NCBI GenBank assembly: GCA_036444215.1
Contig: JAZGAA010000020.1
Span: 1-39,946, forward strand
Direction of reading: 5' to 3'
DNA: 39,946 bases
DNA from: Minisyncoccota bacterium
GTDB taxonomy: Bacteria; Patescibacteriota; Minisyncoccia; UBA6257; UBA9933
The stretch's first letter is position 1; each line of letters starts with the position of its first letter. Below the pieces are notes generated by a model that searched no databases, was not told the DNA's origin, and saw only the letters and a list, made by a program, of their open reading frames with translations. A program made the position numbers and the translations under genes. Below are positions 16,701-24,792 of the stretch, piece by piece.

Positions 16701-18020
16701 AAATATTATTTGGCCAATTATTAAAAATAAAATTGCCGAAGGCAATGTAATAATTGAAGTGTCAGGATTAAAGTTATTTGTGGCTATTAAAACAATAAAC
16801 CCAAGCAAGCCGCCGATCATACTAAGAAAAACTGCATTATTTTTTATTTTCCAGAAAAACGAAGCAATAATTGATGGAGATATTGCTAATGTCAAACTTA
16901 GTATTCCGAATAGAATAGTAATAATATTAGTAAATAGTATCGCAGTTAACGCAGAAATCGCGGCTAAAATAATAATAGATATACGCAAAATTTTTGCCAT
17001 TTTTTCTTCTGATAATGCCTTTTTTCTATGAATAAAATCTTTAGATATACTTGATGAAAGATAGAATAATTCTGTATCAATAGTTGACATTATTGCAGCT
17101 AAAAGAACAATAATTGAAAGACCGAGCAGTTGAGTTGGAATCAAGTAAAACATTCCATAATAGAGGGCTTCACTTGGATTAATATCCGGAAAATTATTTT
17201 TAGCAGCTATTCCGATAATAGTTAAAACAATTCCAAAAATTAAAAATAAAGCAGCGGAAAGAAAAGAAGCGTTTCTTATCGTTTTAACGTCTTTTGCAGC
17301 AAAAATTCTTTGCCAAATATCACCTGCGCCAAATACTATAAAAATTCCTATAATTAAAAATATAAATATTAAAGGTCCGCCAATAGAAGTAATATTTATT
17401 TGCTCTGGCGTATATGTTCCTATATTTATAGTTGAAAGGATAAAAATAAAAACAAAAAACATAATTATGAATTGTAGAAAATCCGTTTTAATTACAGCTT
17501 TAAATCCGCCTAAAACAAGATATATAAGTGTTCCTAATCCCATAACTAAAACTGCTGTTGAGTATTTAATTCCAAGTAATGGCGAAAATAAACTTCCGGC
17601 CGCAATAAATTGACCTACAAGTAAAGCATAAAATGCTATAAACAAAATAATCGCAGACAAAATTCCATTTTTATAGTCAAATTTTGTAAAGAAGTAATCA
17701 GATAGCGTAAGGAAATTGTTTTTATCAGCAATGATTTTAATTTTTTTAGCAGCAAATCCTAAACAAACTAATCCTAAAGCAGCGCCAACCCAATACCAAG
17801 CTGCTGCCAAACCCAATTCATAAGCCAAAGCCGCTTGAGTAACTAATACCATGCCTCCTACAACTGCTAAAATAGAAGCAGTAGTTTGTAATAGTTTAAT
17901 TTTTCTTCCGGCAATTAAGTATTCTTGTACAGTTTCTTTTCTTCTAACCCAAAAACCAATAGCAAAAACTATTACAAAGTAAAGCGCAATTAACAAAATA
18001 TTACTTGTTGATAATTCCAT
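16677..18020 (-). CDS. Sodium:solute symporter family transporter
   Basis: Polytopic, with SSF-like blocks (YLIAGRK, GG..LV). I placed the start at ATG 18020 (MELSTSN...), which has TATAAT 7 nt upstream. The ORF-track start is 18056. Confidence 0.7.
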   Translation of the reverse strand: MELSTSNILLIALYFVIVFAIGFWVRRKETVQEYLIAGRKIKLLQTTASILAVVGGMVLVTQAALAYELGLAAAWYWVGAALGLVCLGFAAKKIKIIADKNNFLTLSDYFFTKFDYKNGILSAIILFIAFYALLVGQFIAAGSLFSPLLGIKYSTAVLVMGLGTLIYLVLGGFKAVIKTDFLQFIIMFFVFIFILSTINIGTYTPEQINITSIGGPLIFIFLIIGIFIVFGAGDIWQRIFAAKDVKTIRNASFLSAALFLIFGIVLTIIGIAAKNNFPDINPSEALYYGMFYLIPTQLLGLSIIVLLAAIMSTIDTELFYLSSSISKDFIHRKKALSEEKMAKILRISIIILAAISALTAILFTNIITILFGILSLTLAISPSIIASFFWKIKNNAVFLSMIGGLLGFIVLIATNNFNPDTSIITLPSAILFLIIGQIIFKKQTAQI

Positions 18021-18063
18021 AAATATTATTATACAGAAAATCTTTTCTGTAGCCAATAATAAA

Positions 18064-18323
18064 AAAATCTTTTAAAACACGAATAAATCTTTTCATAGCC
18101 AGCATGTTGGAGCGAAGTCACCCGCCCGCCATGACTTCGTCAAGGCGAAGTCGGGCGCGGTAAATTACCGAGTGAGGAGGAAAGAAGTAGGAAAATGTCG
18201 CTGTCTGAATCCCGAGTGTAGCGAGGTTGAGTTCGATATTTTCCGTTACTTCTGACGACGAACGAGGATAATTTATCTGAGTGGAAACCGCTGGCGAGAA
18301 AAGATTTATGAGTGAAAAGATTT
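18064..18323. ncRNA. Candidate structured RNA or MITE-like element of about 260 nt; family and strand unknown
   Basis: A closing stem of about 31 bp is built from AAATCTTTT words (18064, 18085) and AAAAGATTT words (18299, 18315), plus GCCAGC/GCTGGC. The core is GC-enriched and has nested helices and mutually exclusive pairings. No ORF is present. Confidence 0.4.
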
Positions 18324-18329
18324 TCCCCC

Positions 18330-20336
18330 TTATTTCAGAAATTTTACAATCAACAAGGCAACAATATTAATAACCTTGATTAACGGGTTGATAGCCGGAC
18401 CGGCCGTGTCTTTGTAGGGGTCGCCAACAGTGTCACCGGTTATTGCTGCTTTATGTGTTTCCGAACCCTTTCCGCCAAATTCACCATCCTCAATAAGTTT
18501 CTTGGCATTATCCCAGGCCGCACCTCCAGTAGTCATTGAAATTGCCATAAACAAGCCGGAAATAATAGAACCAATTAAGAATCCTCCTAATGCCTTGGCA
18601 CCTAATAAAAATCCAACTAAAAGAACCGAAATCACCGGAATCAAAGCCGGAATAATCATTTCTTTGATAGCGGCCTTAGTAACAATATCAACAGCTCGGC
18701 CGTAATCCGGCTTAGCTTTACGCTCCATAATACCCGGAATTTCTCTGAATTGTCGGCGCACTTCTTCAACAACCGAGCCGGCGGTCTTGCCAACTGCCCG
18801 CATTGCCATTGAGCTGAAGAGATAAGGAATAGCCGCGCCTAAGAATAATCCAGCAATAACGTAAGGGTCTTGAAGTTCAAATCTAATATCTTTGACAAAT
18901 CCTGCTAATTCCTCAGTATAGCCGGCAAACAAAACTAAAGCAGCTAAACCAGCTGAAGCAATAGCATAGCCCTTTGTAACGGCTTTAGTTGTGTTACCAA
19001 CCGAATCAAGAGCATCAGTAATTTTCCGGACTTCCTTTGGCTGATTAGTCATTTCCGCAATACCACCGGCGTTGTCAGTAATCGGTCCAAAAGAATCAAT
19101 GGCAATTATTACGCCGGCAACCGAAAGCATAGCAACGGCAGCAACAGCAATTCCGTAAATTCCAGCCAAACTAAAACTCGCTAAAACTCCGGCAATAATT
19201 AAGACAATCGGCAAGCCAGTTGATTCCATTCCAACGGCTAATCCCATAATAATATTAGTGCCGTGGCCGGAACGTGATGCTTCAGCAATTGATTTAACCG
19301 GTCTAAATCTTTTTGCTGTGTAATAATCGGTAATAATTACCATTAAAGCCGTAATTAGTAAACCAATTAAAGCGCAAAGATAAATATTTAAGTAATTATC
19401 AGAAAAATATAATTTAGTTGCCGGATAAAATAAAATTGCTGAAATTATTAATGAAGCAAATAATCCTTTATAAAGAGCTGACATAATACCTGCCCCGTAG
19501 CGAGCTTGCTCTGCTTCGGGGTCCTGTTTTTTTCCTAATCGAACAAACAGAGTGCCAATTACCGAAGCTACAATTGCCAAACCAGCCAGAGCTAATGGAA
19601 AACTAATGCCGCCAACGCCAATTGTCATGGAGCCGAGCAGGATTGCGGCAGTTAATGTAACAGCATAAGTTTCAAAAAGGTCAGCTGCCATACCAGCGCA
19701 GTCGCCGACATTATCACCGACGTTGTCAGCAATTACCGCTGGATTTCTCGGGTCGTCTTCAGGAATACCGGCTTCTACTTTGCCTACTAAGTCAGCGCCT
19801 ACGTCAGCGGCTTTGGTGAAAATACCTCCGCCTAACCTGGCAAAAATCGAAATTAAACTGGCGCCAAAACTTAAACTTATTAAAACTTTTATGTCATTGG
19901 TCAAAAAATAAAAACCAGCTACCGCCAATAAAGCTAAGGCAACTACTAAAAATCCGGTTACTGAACCTGCTTTGAAAGCTAATAAGAGAGCTGGCAATAG
20001 TCCTTTTTTAGCTGCCTCCGTGGTTTTGGCGTTAGAACGGACAGCAACATTCATTCCAATATAGCCGGCTAAAGCTGAAGCAGCTGCTCCAACTATAAAA
20101 CCAATTGCTGATAAGGTCCCAAGAAAAATATAAATAATAATAAAAAGTATTGCAGCTACAATAGCAACACTGCGATATTGTCGGTTAAGATAAGCCGAAG
20201 AGCCGGTCTGAATGGCTTTAGAAATTTCTGCCATTTCTGAACTGCCGGCCGACTGTTTTTTGAGCCAGAAAATTAAATATAAACTGTATAAAATTGCGAT
20301 GCCGACCGGAACTAATGTGAGAGAGTAAATATTCAT
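18330..20336 (-). CDS. hppA: Membrane-bound proton-translocating pyrophosphatase, K+-independent signature
   Basis: 668 aa. It has [30 protein letters not shown] and GNTTKA (Lys variant). Confidence 0.92.
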   Translation of the reverse strand: MNIYSLTLVPVGIAILYSLYLIFWLKKQSAGSSEMAEISKAIQTGSSAYLNRQYRSVAIVAAILFIIIYIFLGTLSAIGFIVGAAASALAGYIGMNVAVRSNAKTTEAAKKGLLPALLLAFKAGSVTGFLVVALALLAVAGFYFLTNDIKVLISLSFGASLISIFARLGGGIFTKAADVGADLVGKVEAGIPEDDPRNPAVIADNVGDNVGDCAGMAADLFETYAVTLTAAILLGSMTIGVGGISFPLALAGLAIVASVIGTLFVRLGKKQDPEAEQARYGAGIMSALYKGLFASLIISAILFYPATKLYFSDNYLNIYLCALIGLLITALMVIITDYYTAKRFRPVKSIAEASRSGHGTNIIMGLAVGMESTGLPIVLIIAGVLASFSLAGIYGIAVAAVAMLSVAGVIIAIDSFGPITDNAGGIAEMTNQPKEVRKITDALDSVGNTTKAVTKGYAIASAGLAALVLFAGYTEELAGFVKDIRFELQDPYVIAGLFLGAAIPYLFSSMAMRAVGKTAGSVVEEVRRQFREIPGIMERKAKPDYGRAVDIVTKAAIKEMIIPALIPVISVLLVGFLLGAKALGGFLIGSIISGLFMAISMTTGGAAWDNAKKLIEDGEFGGKGSETHKAAITGDTVGDPYKDTAGPAINPLIKVINIVALLIVKFLK

Positions 20337-20338
20337 AT

Positions 20339-21532
20339 TTATTCTTCTTCTGTTTTTGTTTTTTCAACATCAGCTATTCCGCCTTCGTGGGTTTCTTCTG
20401 GTCGCGATTGAGAACGAACATCAATTTTCCAGCCGGTGAGTTTGGCTGCCAACCGAACATTTTGTCCGCCTTTACCAATTGCCAAACTTAGCTGGTCTTC
20501 CGGCACCAATGCTTTAGCTTCCCGGCGCGGCAGAATTTCCACTACTTTTACTTTTGCCGGCGAAAGGGAAGCAGCAATAAATTTTTCCGGGTCATCTGAC
20601 CATTCAATAATATCAATTTTTTCAATGCCGAGTTCATTGGTTACTGACATTACTCTGGTGCCTCTTTGTCCGACGCAGGAGCCAACCGGGTCAACTCCTT
20701 CTATTTCAGAAGCCACGGCAATTTTTGTCCGGCTACCGGCTTCCCGGGCAATAGCTTTGATTTTTACCGATTCATCCTGGATTTCCGGCACTTCCATTTC
20801 AAAAAGCTTGCTGACAAATTTTGGATGAGAACGGGAAAGAATTATCCCCGGCAATCTGGCAGTTTCTTCTTGGAGAGCCAAGAGATAAAAGCGTAACCTT
20901 TCGTTGATTCGGTAATGTTCGCCGGGAATAGTTTCATTATAAAACATAATGCCAACAGCGCGTCCCAGATCAATGTAGGCGTTACCGCGTTCAACCCGCT
21001 GGACAACGCCGCTAACAATTTCTCCCTCTTTATCAGCGTATTCTTTTTTAATTGACTCTCTTTCAGCCTCTCTGATTTTTTGAAGGATTACTTGTTTAGC
21101 TGCTTGAGCGGCAATTCTTCCGAACTCCTTATGTTCTTCCAAAGAAAATTCTAATTCTTCGCCAAGTTTAGCATCTTTTTTTATTTTTTTCGCTTCTTCA
21201 ATTAAAATATGACGGTCAGGATTATAGCGCGGAAGGCGTTCTTCGCCTTCGTTCACTGGTTTACTTTCCTCCTTGCCCGCCAAAGCTTCAGTGTCGGCGG
21301 GTTCTTTTATTTCCACCGTACTTTCATTAACCACAGTTTTTATTTTTTTAAATTCTAAATCACCGGTTTTTAAATCCAGTTTTACCCTGATAACTTCTCC
21401 TTTTTTCCCATATTCTTTTTTATAGGCAGCGGCAATTGAGTCCTCAATTACTTTTAAAACTTCTTCCGGTTTAATGCTTTTTTCATCGGCAATTTGCTCC
21501 ACTGCCCTGTTGAGATTTTTTAAGTCCATCAT
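20339..21532 (-). CDS. nusA: Transcription termination/antitermination factor NusA
   Basis: It has an N-terminal domain ([11 protein letters not shown]), an S1 domain ([15 protein letters not shown]) and two KH domains ([20 protein letters not shown]). The start is placed at ATG 21532. The ORF-track TTG at 21568 would read through the leader hairpin. Confidence 0.88.
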   Translation of the reverse strand: MMDLKNLNRAVEQIADEKSIKPEEVLKVIEDSIAAAYKKEYGKKGEVIRVKLDLKTGDLEFKKIKTVVNESTVEIKEPADTEALAGKEESKPVNEGEERLPRYNPDRHILIEEAKKIKKDAKLGEELEFSLEEHKEFGRIAAQAAKQVILQKIREAERESIKKEYADKEGEIVSGVVQRVERGNAYIDLGRAVGIMFYNETIPGEHYRINERLRFYLLALQEETARLPGIILSRSHPKFVSKLFEMEVPEIQDESVKIKAIAREAGSRTKIAVASEIEGVDPVGSCVGQRGTRVMSVTNELGIEKIDIIEWSDDPEKFIAASLSPAKVKVVEILPRREAKALVPEDQLSLAIGKGGQNVRLAAKLTGWKIDVRSQSRPEETHEGGIADVEKTKTEEE

Positions 21533-21539
21533 AATTTTA

Positions 21540-21564
21540 TAAAAGTCCGCTTTTTGGCGGACTC
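21540..21564 (-). terminator. Terminator-like hairpin in the nusA leader (candidate attenuator)
   Basis: On the minus strand: AGTCCGC-caaaaa-GCGGACT followed by TTTTATAAAATT, ending about 8 nt before the ATG. Confidence 0.5.
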
Positions 21565-21575
21565 TCAATAATTCA

Positions 21576-21605
21576 ATTATATAATTTTATTTAAATAAAA
21601 GTCAA
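21576..21605 (-). promoter_or_regulatory. Candidate sigma-70 promoter of nusA
   Basis: On the minus strand: TTGACT (21605-21600), an 18-nt spacer, then TATAAT (21581-21576). It lies just after the pnp stop. Confidence 0.5.
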
Positions 21606-21612
21606 GTATTTT

Positions 21613-23715
21613 TTATTCCTCCCTCACCGTTTTTAACGACAACCCAATTTTTCCGTTTTCAACTTTAATAATTTTTGCTTTTACTTTGTCGCCAAGTTTT
21701 ACTACGTCTTCCACTTTTTCTACAAAGCCATCTTTTAATTCTGAAACGTGAATCATCCCGTCTTTACCGCCTTCTAAATCAACAATCGCTCCGAAGTCAA
21801 GAATTTTTATTATTTCGCCTTCTATGGTTTCGCCAACCTGGAACTCGCGGGTCAGCGATTTAATATAGCGAATCGCTGAATCTACTTTTCCGCTGTCAAT
21901 TGCAGCAACAAAAACTCTGCCGCTTTCTTCAATATCAATTGTTTCTACTCCAGTATCCTGAATAATTTTATTAATCATTTTCCCGCCAGGACCTATAACC
22001 GCGCCGATTTGTTCAGGATTAATTTGAACAGACAATATAGTAGGTGCGTAAGCAGAAACCTGTTCTTTGGGCTTACTAATTGTTTTGTCCATAACTTCTA
22101 GAATTTCTAAGCGGGCTTTTTTAGCTTGCTGTAAAACTTCTTTCAGTACAGGCAGAGCAATACCGTCAATTTTCACATCCATTTGAATGGCAGTAATACC
22201 GTCTTTTGTGCCGGCAACCTTACAGTCCATATCGCCATAGTGATCTTCAGGCCCTTGGATGTCCGTTAGTATTTTATATTCCTGGTCCCCGATTATTAAC
22301 CCTATCGCAATTCCAGCCACTGGTTTTTTAATCGGCACTCCAGCATCCATTAATGATAAAGAAGTCGCACACACACTTGCCATTGAGGAAGAACCATTGG
22401 AAGATAAAATTTCTGAAACAACCCGAATTGTATATGGAAATTCTTCTTGCGAAGGAATAAGAAATCGGACTGCTTTTTCAGCTAAGGAACCGTGTCCTAT
22501 TTCTCTTCGGCCAGGTCCGCCTAATCGTTTTATTTCTCCTGTTGAATAAGGAGGGAAGTTATAATGAAGCATAAATCTGCGTTTTATAGTTGCCTCCATT
22601 GTTTCCATAAGTTGTTCAGATCCTGGAGCAGCTAATGTTGTAACCGCTAAGGCCTGTGTGCTGCCTCGAATAAAAAGTCCTGAACCATGAAGTCGTTTGA
22701 ATAATCCTATTTCAGCGTGGAGTTCGCGTACCTCATCAAGCTTACGGCCGTCTGGTCTTTTTTCAGATTCAATAACGTTTTTATGAATTAATTTGTCGGT
22801 TTCATCTTCAAATATAACGTCAACTGATTTAAGTTCGCTTTCAGGAATACCTTCTTGAATTAAATACTCTTTTAGAGATTGCTGTAATGCATCAATATTA
22901 TTTTGACGCTCTGTTTTATCGGCTGTATAAACCGAATCTTCTAATTTGTCTTTTAAGAAATTCTGTATTTTATTTTTAATCTCTTCGTTCGGTTCCGCTA
23001 ATGGAACTTCAATTTTTGGCTGGCCGATTTTTTTTATAATTTCTTTTTGAAAGGCAATTAGTTTTACAATCTCTTTTTGAGCTAAATCAAAATTTTCAAT
23101 TACCTCATCTTCATTTGATTCGTTTCCTGATAATTCAATCATGTTTATTTTTTCTTCTGTGCCAGCAACAAAAGCGTCAAATTTAGCTTCTAGCTCTTTA
23201 ACTTGAGAATTAGTAGGATTAATTACTGTTTCTCCGTTTGTGCCGCGTATAATTTTTACACCTGCAACAGGTCCATTCCACGGTATTTGCGATGTTGCCA
23301 AAGCTGTTGAGGCGGTAAGAAGAGAAATAAAGTCAGGGTCATTTTCATAATCATAAGAAAGAATTGTAATAACGATTTGGACATCTCTGCGTATTCGCTG
23401 GTTAAAAAGTGGCCGCAGGGTGCGGTCAATCATTCTGCCGGAAAGGACGGCTTCTTCTGATGGCCTGCCTTCGCGTCGGACAAATCTGCTGCCTATAATT
23501 TTTCCAGCAGCGTAGAACTTTTCTTCATAATCAACAACTAAAGGAAAGTAATCGGAATCTTTATCTTTTTTCCCTATTACTGCCGTTACCAAAACAGTTG
23601 TGTCGCCATATTGCCCAATAATTGCCGCGTTAGCTTGCCCGGCAATTTTAGAAACTTCCATTCGCAGCGGTTTTCCAGCAAAATCCATTTTAAATTCTTG
23701 TTTGTTTAAATCCAT
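21613..23715 (-). CDS. pnp: Polyribonucleotide nucleotidyltransferase (PNPase)
   Basis: It has two RNase PH domains (FFPL.V.Y.E..YAAGKI, RREGRPSE, GS.SMA.VC), a KH domain (IG.GGK.I) and an S1 domain. ATG 23715 is preferred over the ORF-track GTG at 23733. Confidence 0.93.
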   Translation of the reverse strand: MDLNKQEFKMDFAGKPLRMEVSKIAGQANAAIIGQYGDTTVLVTAVIGKKDKDSDYFPLVVDYEEKFYAAGKIIGSRFVRREGRPSEEAVLSGRMIDRTLRPLFNQRIRRDVQIVITILSYDYENDPDFISLLTASTALATSQIPWNGPVAGVKIIRGTNGETVINPTNSQVKELEAKFDAFVAGTEEKINMIELSGNESNEDEVIENFDLAQKEIVKLIAFQKEIIKKIGQPKIEVPLAEPNEEIKNKIQNFLKDKLEDSVYTADKTERQNNIDALQQSLKEYLIQEGIPESELKSVDVIFEDETDKLIHKNVIESEKRPDGRKLDEVRELHAEIGLFKRLHGSGLFIRGSTQALAVTTLAAPGSEQLMETMEATIKRRFMLHYNFPPYSTGEIKRLGGPGRREIGHGSLAEKAVRFLIPSQEEFPYTIRVVSEILSSNGSSSMASVCATSLSLMDAGVPIKKPVAGIAIGLIIGDQEYKILTDIQGPEDHYGDMDCKVAGTKDGITAIQMDVKIDGIALPVLKEVLQQAKKARLEILEVMDKTISKPKEQVSAYAPTILSVQINPEQIGAVIGPGGKMINKIIQDTGVETIDIEESGRVFVAAIDSGKVDSAIRYIKSLTREFQVGETIEGEIIKILDFGAIVDLEGGKDGMIHVSELKDGFVEKVEDVVKLGDKVKAKIIKVENGKIGLSLKTVREE

Positions 23716-23730
23716 ATCGCTTCGCTCACC

Positions 23731-23822
23731 CACGAAACTAACACGAAACTCTTACACGAAACTGGTACGAAACCTAAAAAGTTTAGTGTCGGTTTAGTGT
23801 GTTGTTTAGTGTCTGTTTAGTG
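23731..23822 (-). promoter_or_regulatory. 4+4 iterated-word inverted repeat filling the NYN-pnp intergenic region (candidate pnp leader hairpin)
   Basis: On the plus strand, [CT]ACGAAAC occurs four times (23731, 23742, 23755, 23766). The loop is CTAAAAA. GTTTAGTG then occurs four times (23781, 23792, 23804, 23815). Confidence 0.6.
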
Positions 23823-23824
23823 GA

Positions 23825-24364
23825 TTACTTTTTAAGTAATACTTTTGGTTTTTTTTCTAAATCAATAAAAAAATCCGCTTTTTCCTTTAATTTAGCGGAA
23901 GCGCTGCGGCCAAATGCCGCGACTTCAATTTCTCTGCCCAATCCCCATTTAAGATATTCCACTAAAGGGATAAAATCGCCATCGCCTGTAACTAAAATAA
24001 TTACATCAAGAAAACTTGACATTCTAATGGCATCAACTGCCATTCCTACGTCCCAATCAGCTTTTTTAAGGCCGCCTGGAAAAATTTGCAAATCTTTTGT
24101 CCTTAATTCTACGCCAGCTTTTTCTAATGCCTCAAAAAAAGTGGTTTCACTTTTTTGTTTCGTTTGTTTTGGTCGTGCGGGAGTTTCAGCTAAAACAGCT
24201 TCGCTTTTAACCGTATAACCAATAACTCTTATTAATTTTCGGCCACCAACTAATTCCTTAATTAATTCCCGGTAATTCACTCTGGCGCCGTAAAGATTTT
24301 TAGCCGAATGATAAAGATTTTGGATATCAATAAAGATTCCTATTCGTTGATCTTTGTATTTCAT
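23825..24364 (-). CDS. NYN/LabA-like (DUF88) domain protein, putative ribonuclease
   Basis: 179 aa. It has [14 protein letters not shown] near the N-terminus and [16 protein letters not shown], the NYN/LabA acidic motifs. There is a 4-nt overlap with the rpsO stop. Confidence 0.7.
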   Translation of the reverse strand: MKYKDQRIGIFIDIQNLYHSAKNLYGARVNYRELIKELVGGRKLIRVIGYTVKSEAVLAETPARPKQTKQKSETTFFEALEKAGVELRTKDLQIFPGGLKKADWDVGMAVDAIRMSSFLDVIILVTGDGDFIPLVEYLKWGLGREIEVAAFGRSASAKLKEKADFFIDLEKKPKVLLKK

Positions 24365-24636
24365 TTCTTTAATCCCAGTTTTCTTACCAGGGACGTATAA
24401 CTTTTCTTATTATTCTTAGACAAATAATCTAATAACCGCCTTCTTTTGCTAACCATCTTTAAAAGCCCGCGACGGGAGTGATTGTCTTTGGGATGAGTTT
24501 TTAGGTGACTGGTTAGTTCGGTGATTGATTTAGTCAAAAGAGCAATTTGGACTTCGGCTGAGCCAGTGTCAGCTTCGTGAAGTTTATATTCTTTTATAAG
24601 ATTTTGTTTTTTACGAGGTGTTAACATATTTTTCAT
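24361..24636 (-). CDS. rpsO: 30S ribosomal protein S15
   Basis: 91 aa. It has [36 protein letters not shown]. Confidence 0.93.
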   Translation of the reverse strand: MKNMLTPRKKQNLIKEYKLHEADTGSAEVQIALLTKSITELTSHLKTHPKDNHSRRGLLKMVSKRRRLLDYLSKNNKKSYTSLVRKLGLKK

Positions 24637-24673
24637 ACTACTTTATCCCAAAATAAAAATCAAGCGAAAGAGA

Positions 24674-24773
24674 TTTTGCGACAGGATATTTTGCGACTGA
24701 TTATATCTGTTGCAAAATATCCGTGGTGCTTTTGCGACTAATTTATTAGTTGCAACAAGCATGATTTTACGAC
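24674..24773. repeat. Word repeats and a hairpin in the rpsO/xer divergent region
   Basis: TTTTGCGAC occurs three times (24674, 24689, 24730), with a variant TTTTACGAC (24765). Inverted copies are GTTGCAAAA (24709) and GTTGCAAC (24749). A 14-bp hairpin is formed by 24684-24697 and 24709-24722. Confidence 0.6.
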
Positions 24774-24792
24774 ATATTGTATAATAAACCCA

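Noticed and set aside
18064-18323. The structured GC-rich gap as RNase P RNA, SRP (4.5S/scRNA), tmRNA, 6S RNA or a cobalamin/TPP riboswitch.
   Set aside because: I could not find the diagnostic motifs on either strand. These are GGAAAGUCC/ACAGNRA for RNase P, GGAA-...-AGCAGCC helix 8 for SRP, a tRNA-like 3' end with a tag ORF for tmRNA, the B12 box, and CUGAGA...ACCUGA for TPP. At about 260 nt it is too short for RNase P and tmRNA. 6S cannot be excluded by eye, so the region is kept as an unknown candidate rather than named.
23731-23822. Regularly spaced short repeats here, and at 27825-27915 and 15937-16020, as possible CRISPR arrays.
   Set aside because: The repeat units are only 8-13 nt with 3-12 nt gaps. 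They are arranged symmetrically as inverted halves. There are no 25-40 nt repeats, no unique spacers and no cas genes in the window.
23799-24218. The 139-aa plus-strand ORF antisense to the NYN gene, and similar long antisense ORFs at 20436-20828, 20666-20896, 22259-22549, 29582-30142, 29434-29781, 31210-31473, 32119-32430 and 18430-18705.
   Set aside because: All lie entirely within, or mostly opposite, strongly supported genes (NYN, nusA, pnp, SBP/pilins, gyrA, hppA). Their composition is low-complexity and biased, typical of antisense frames in AT-rich DNA, and they have no recognisable motifs.
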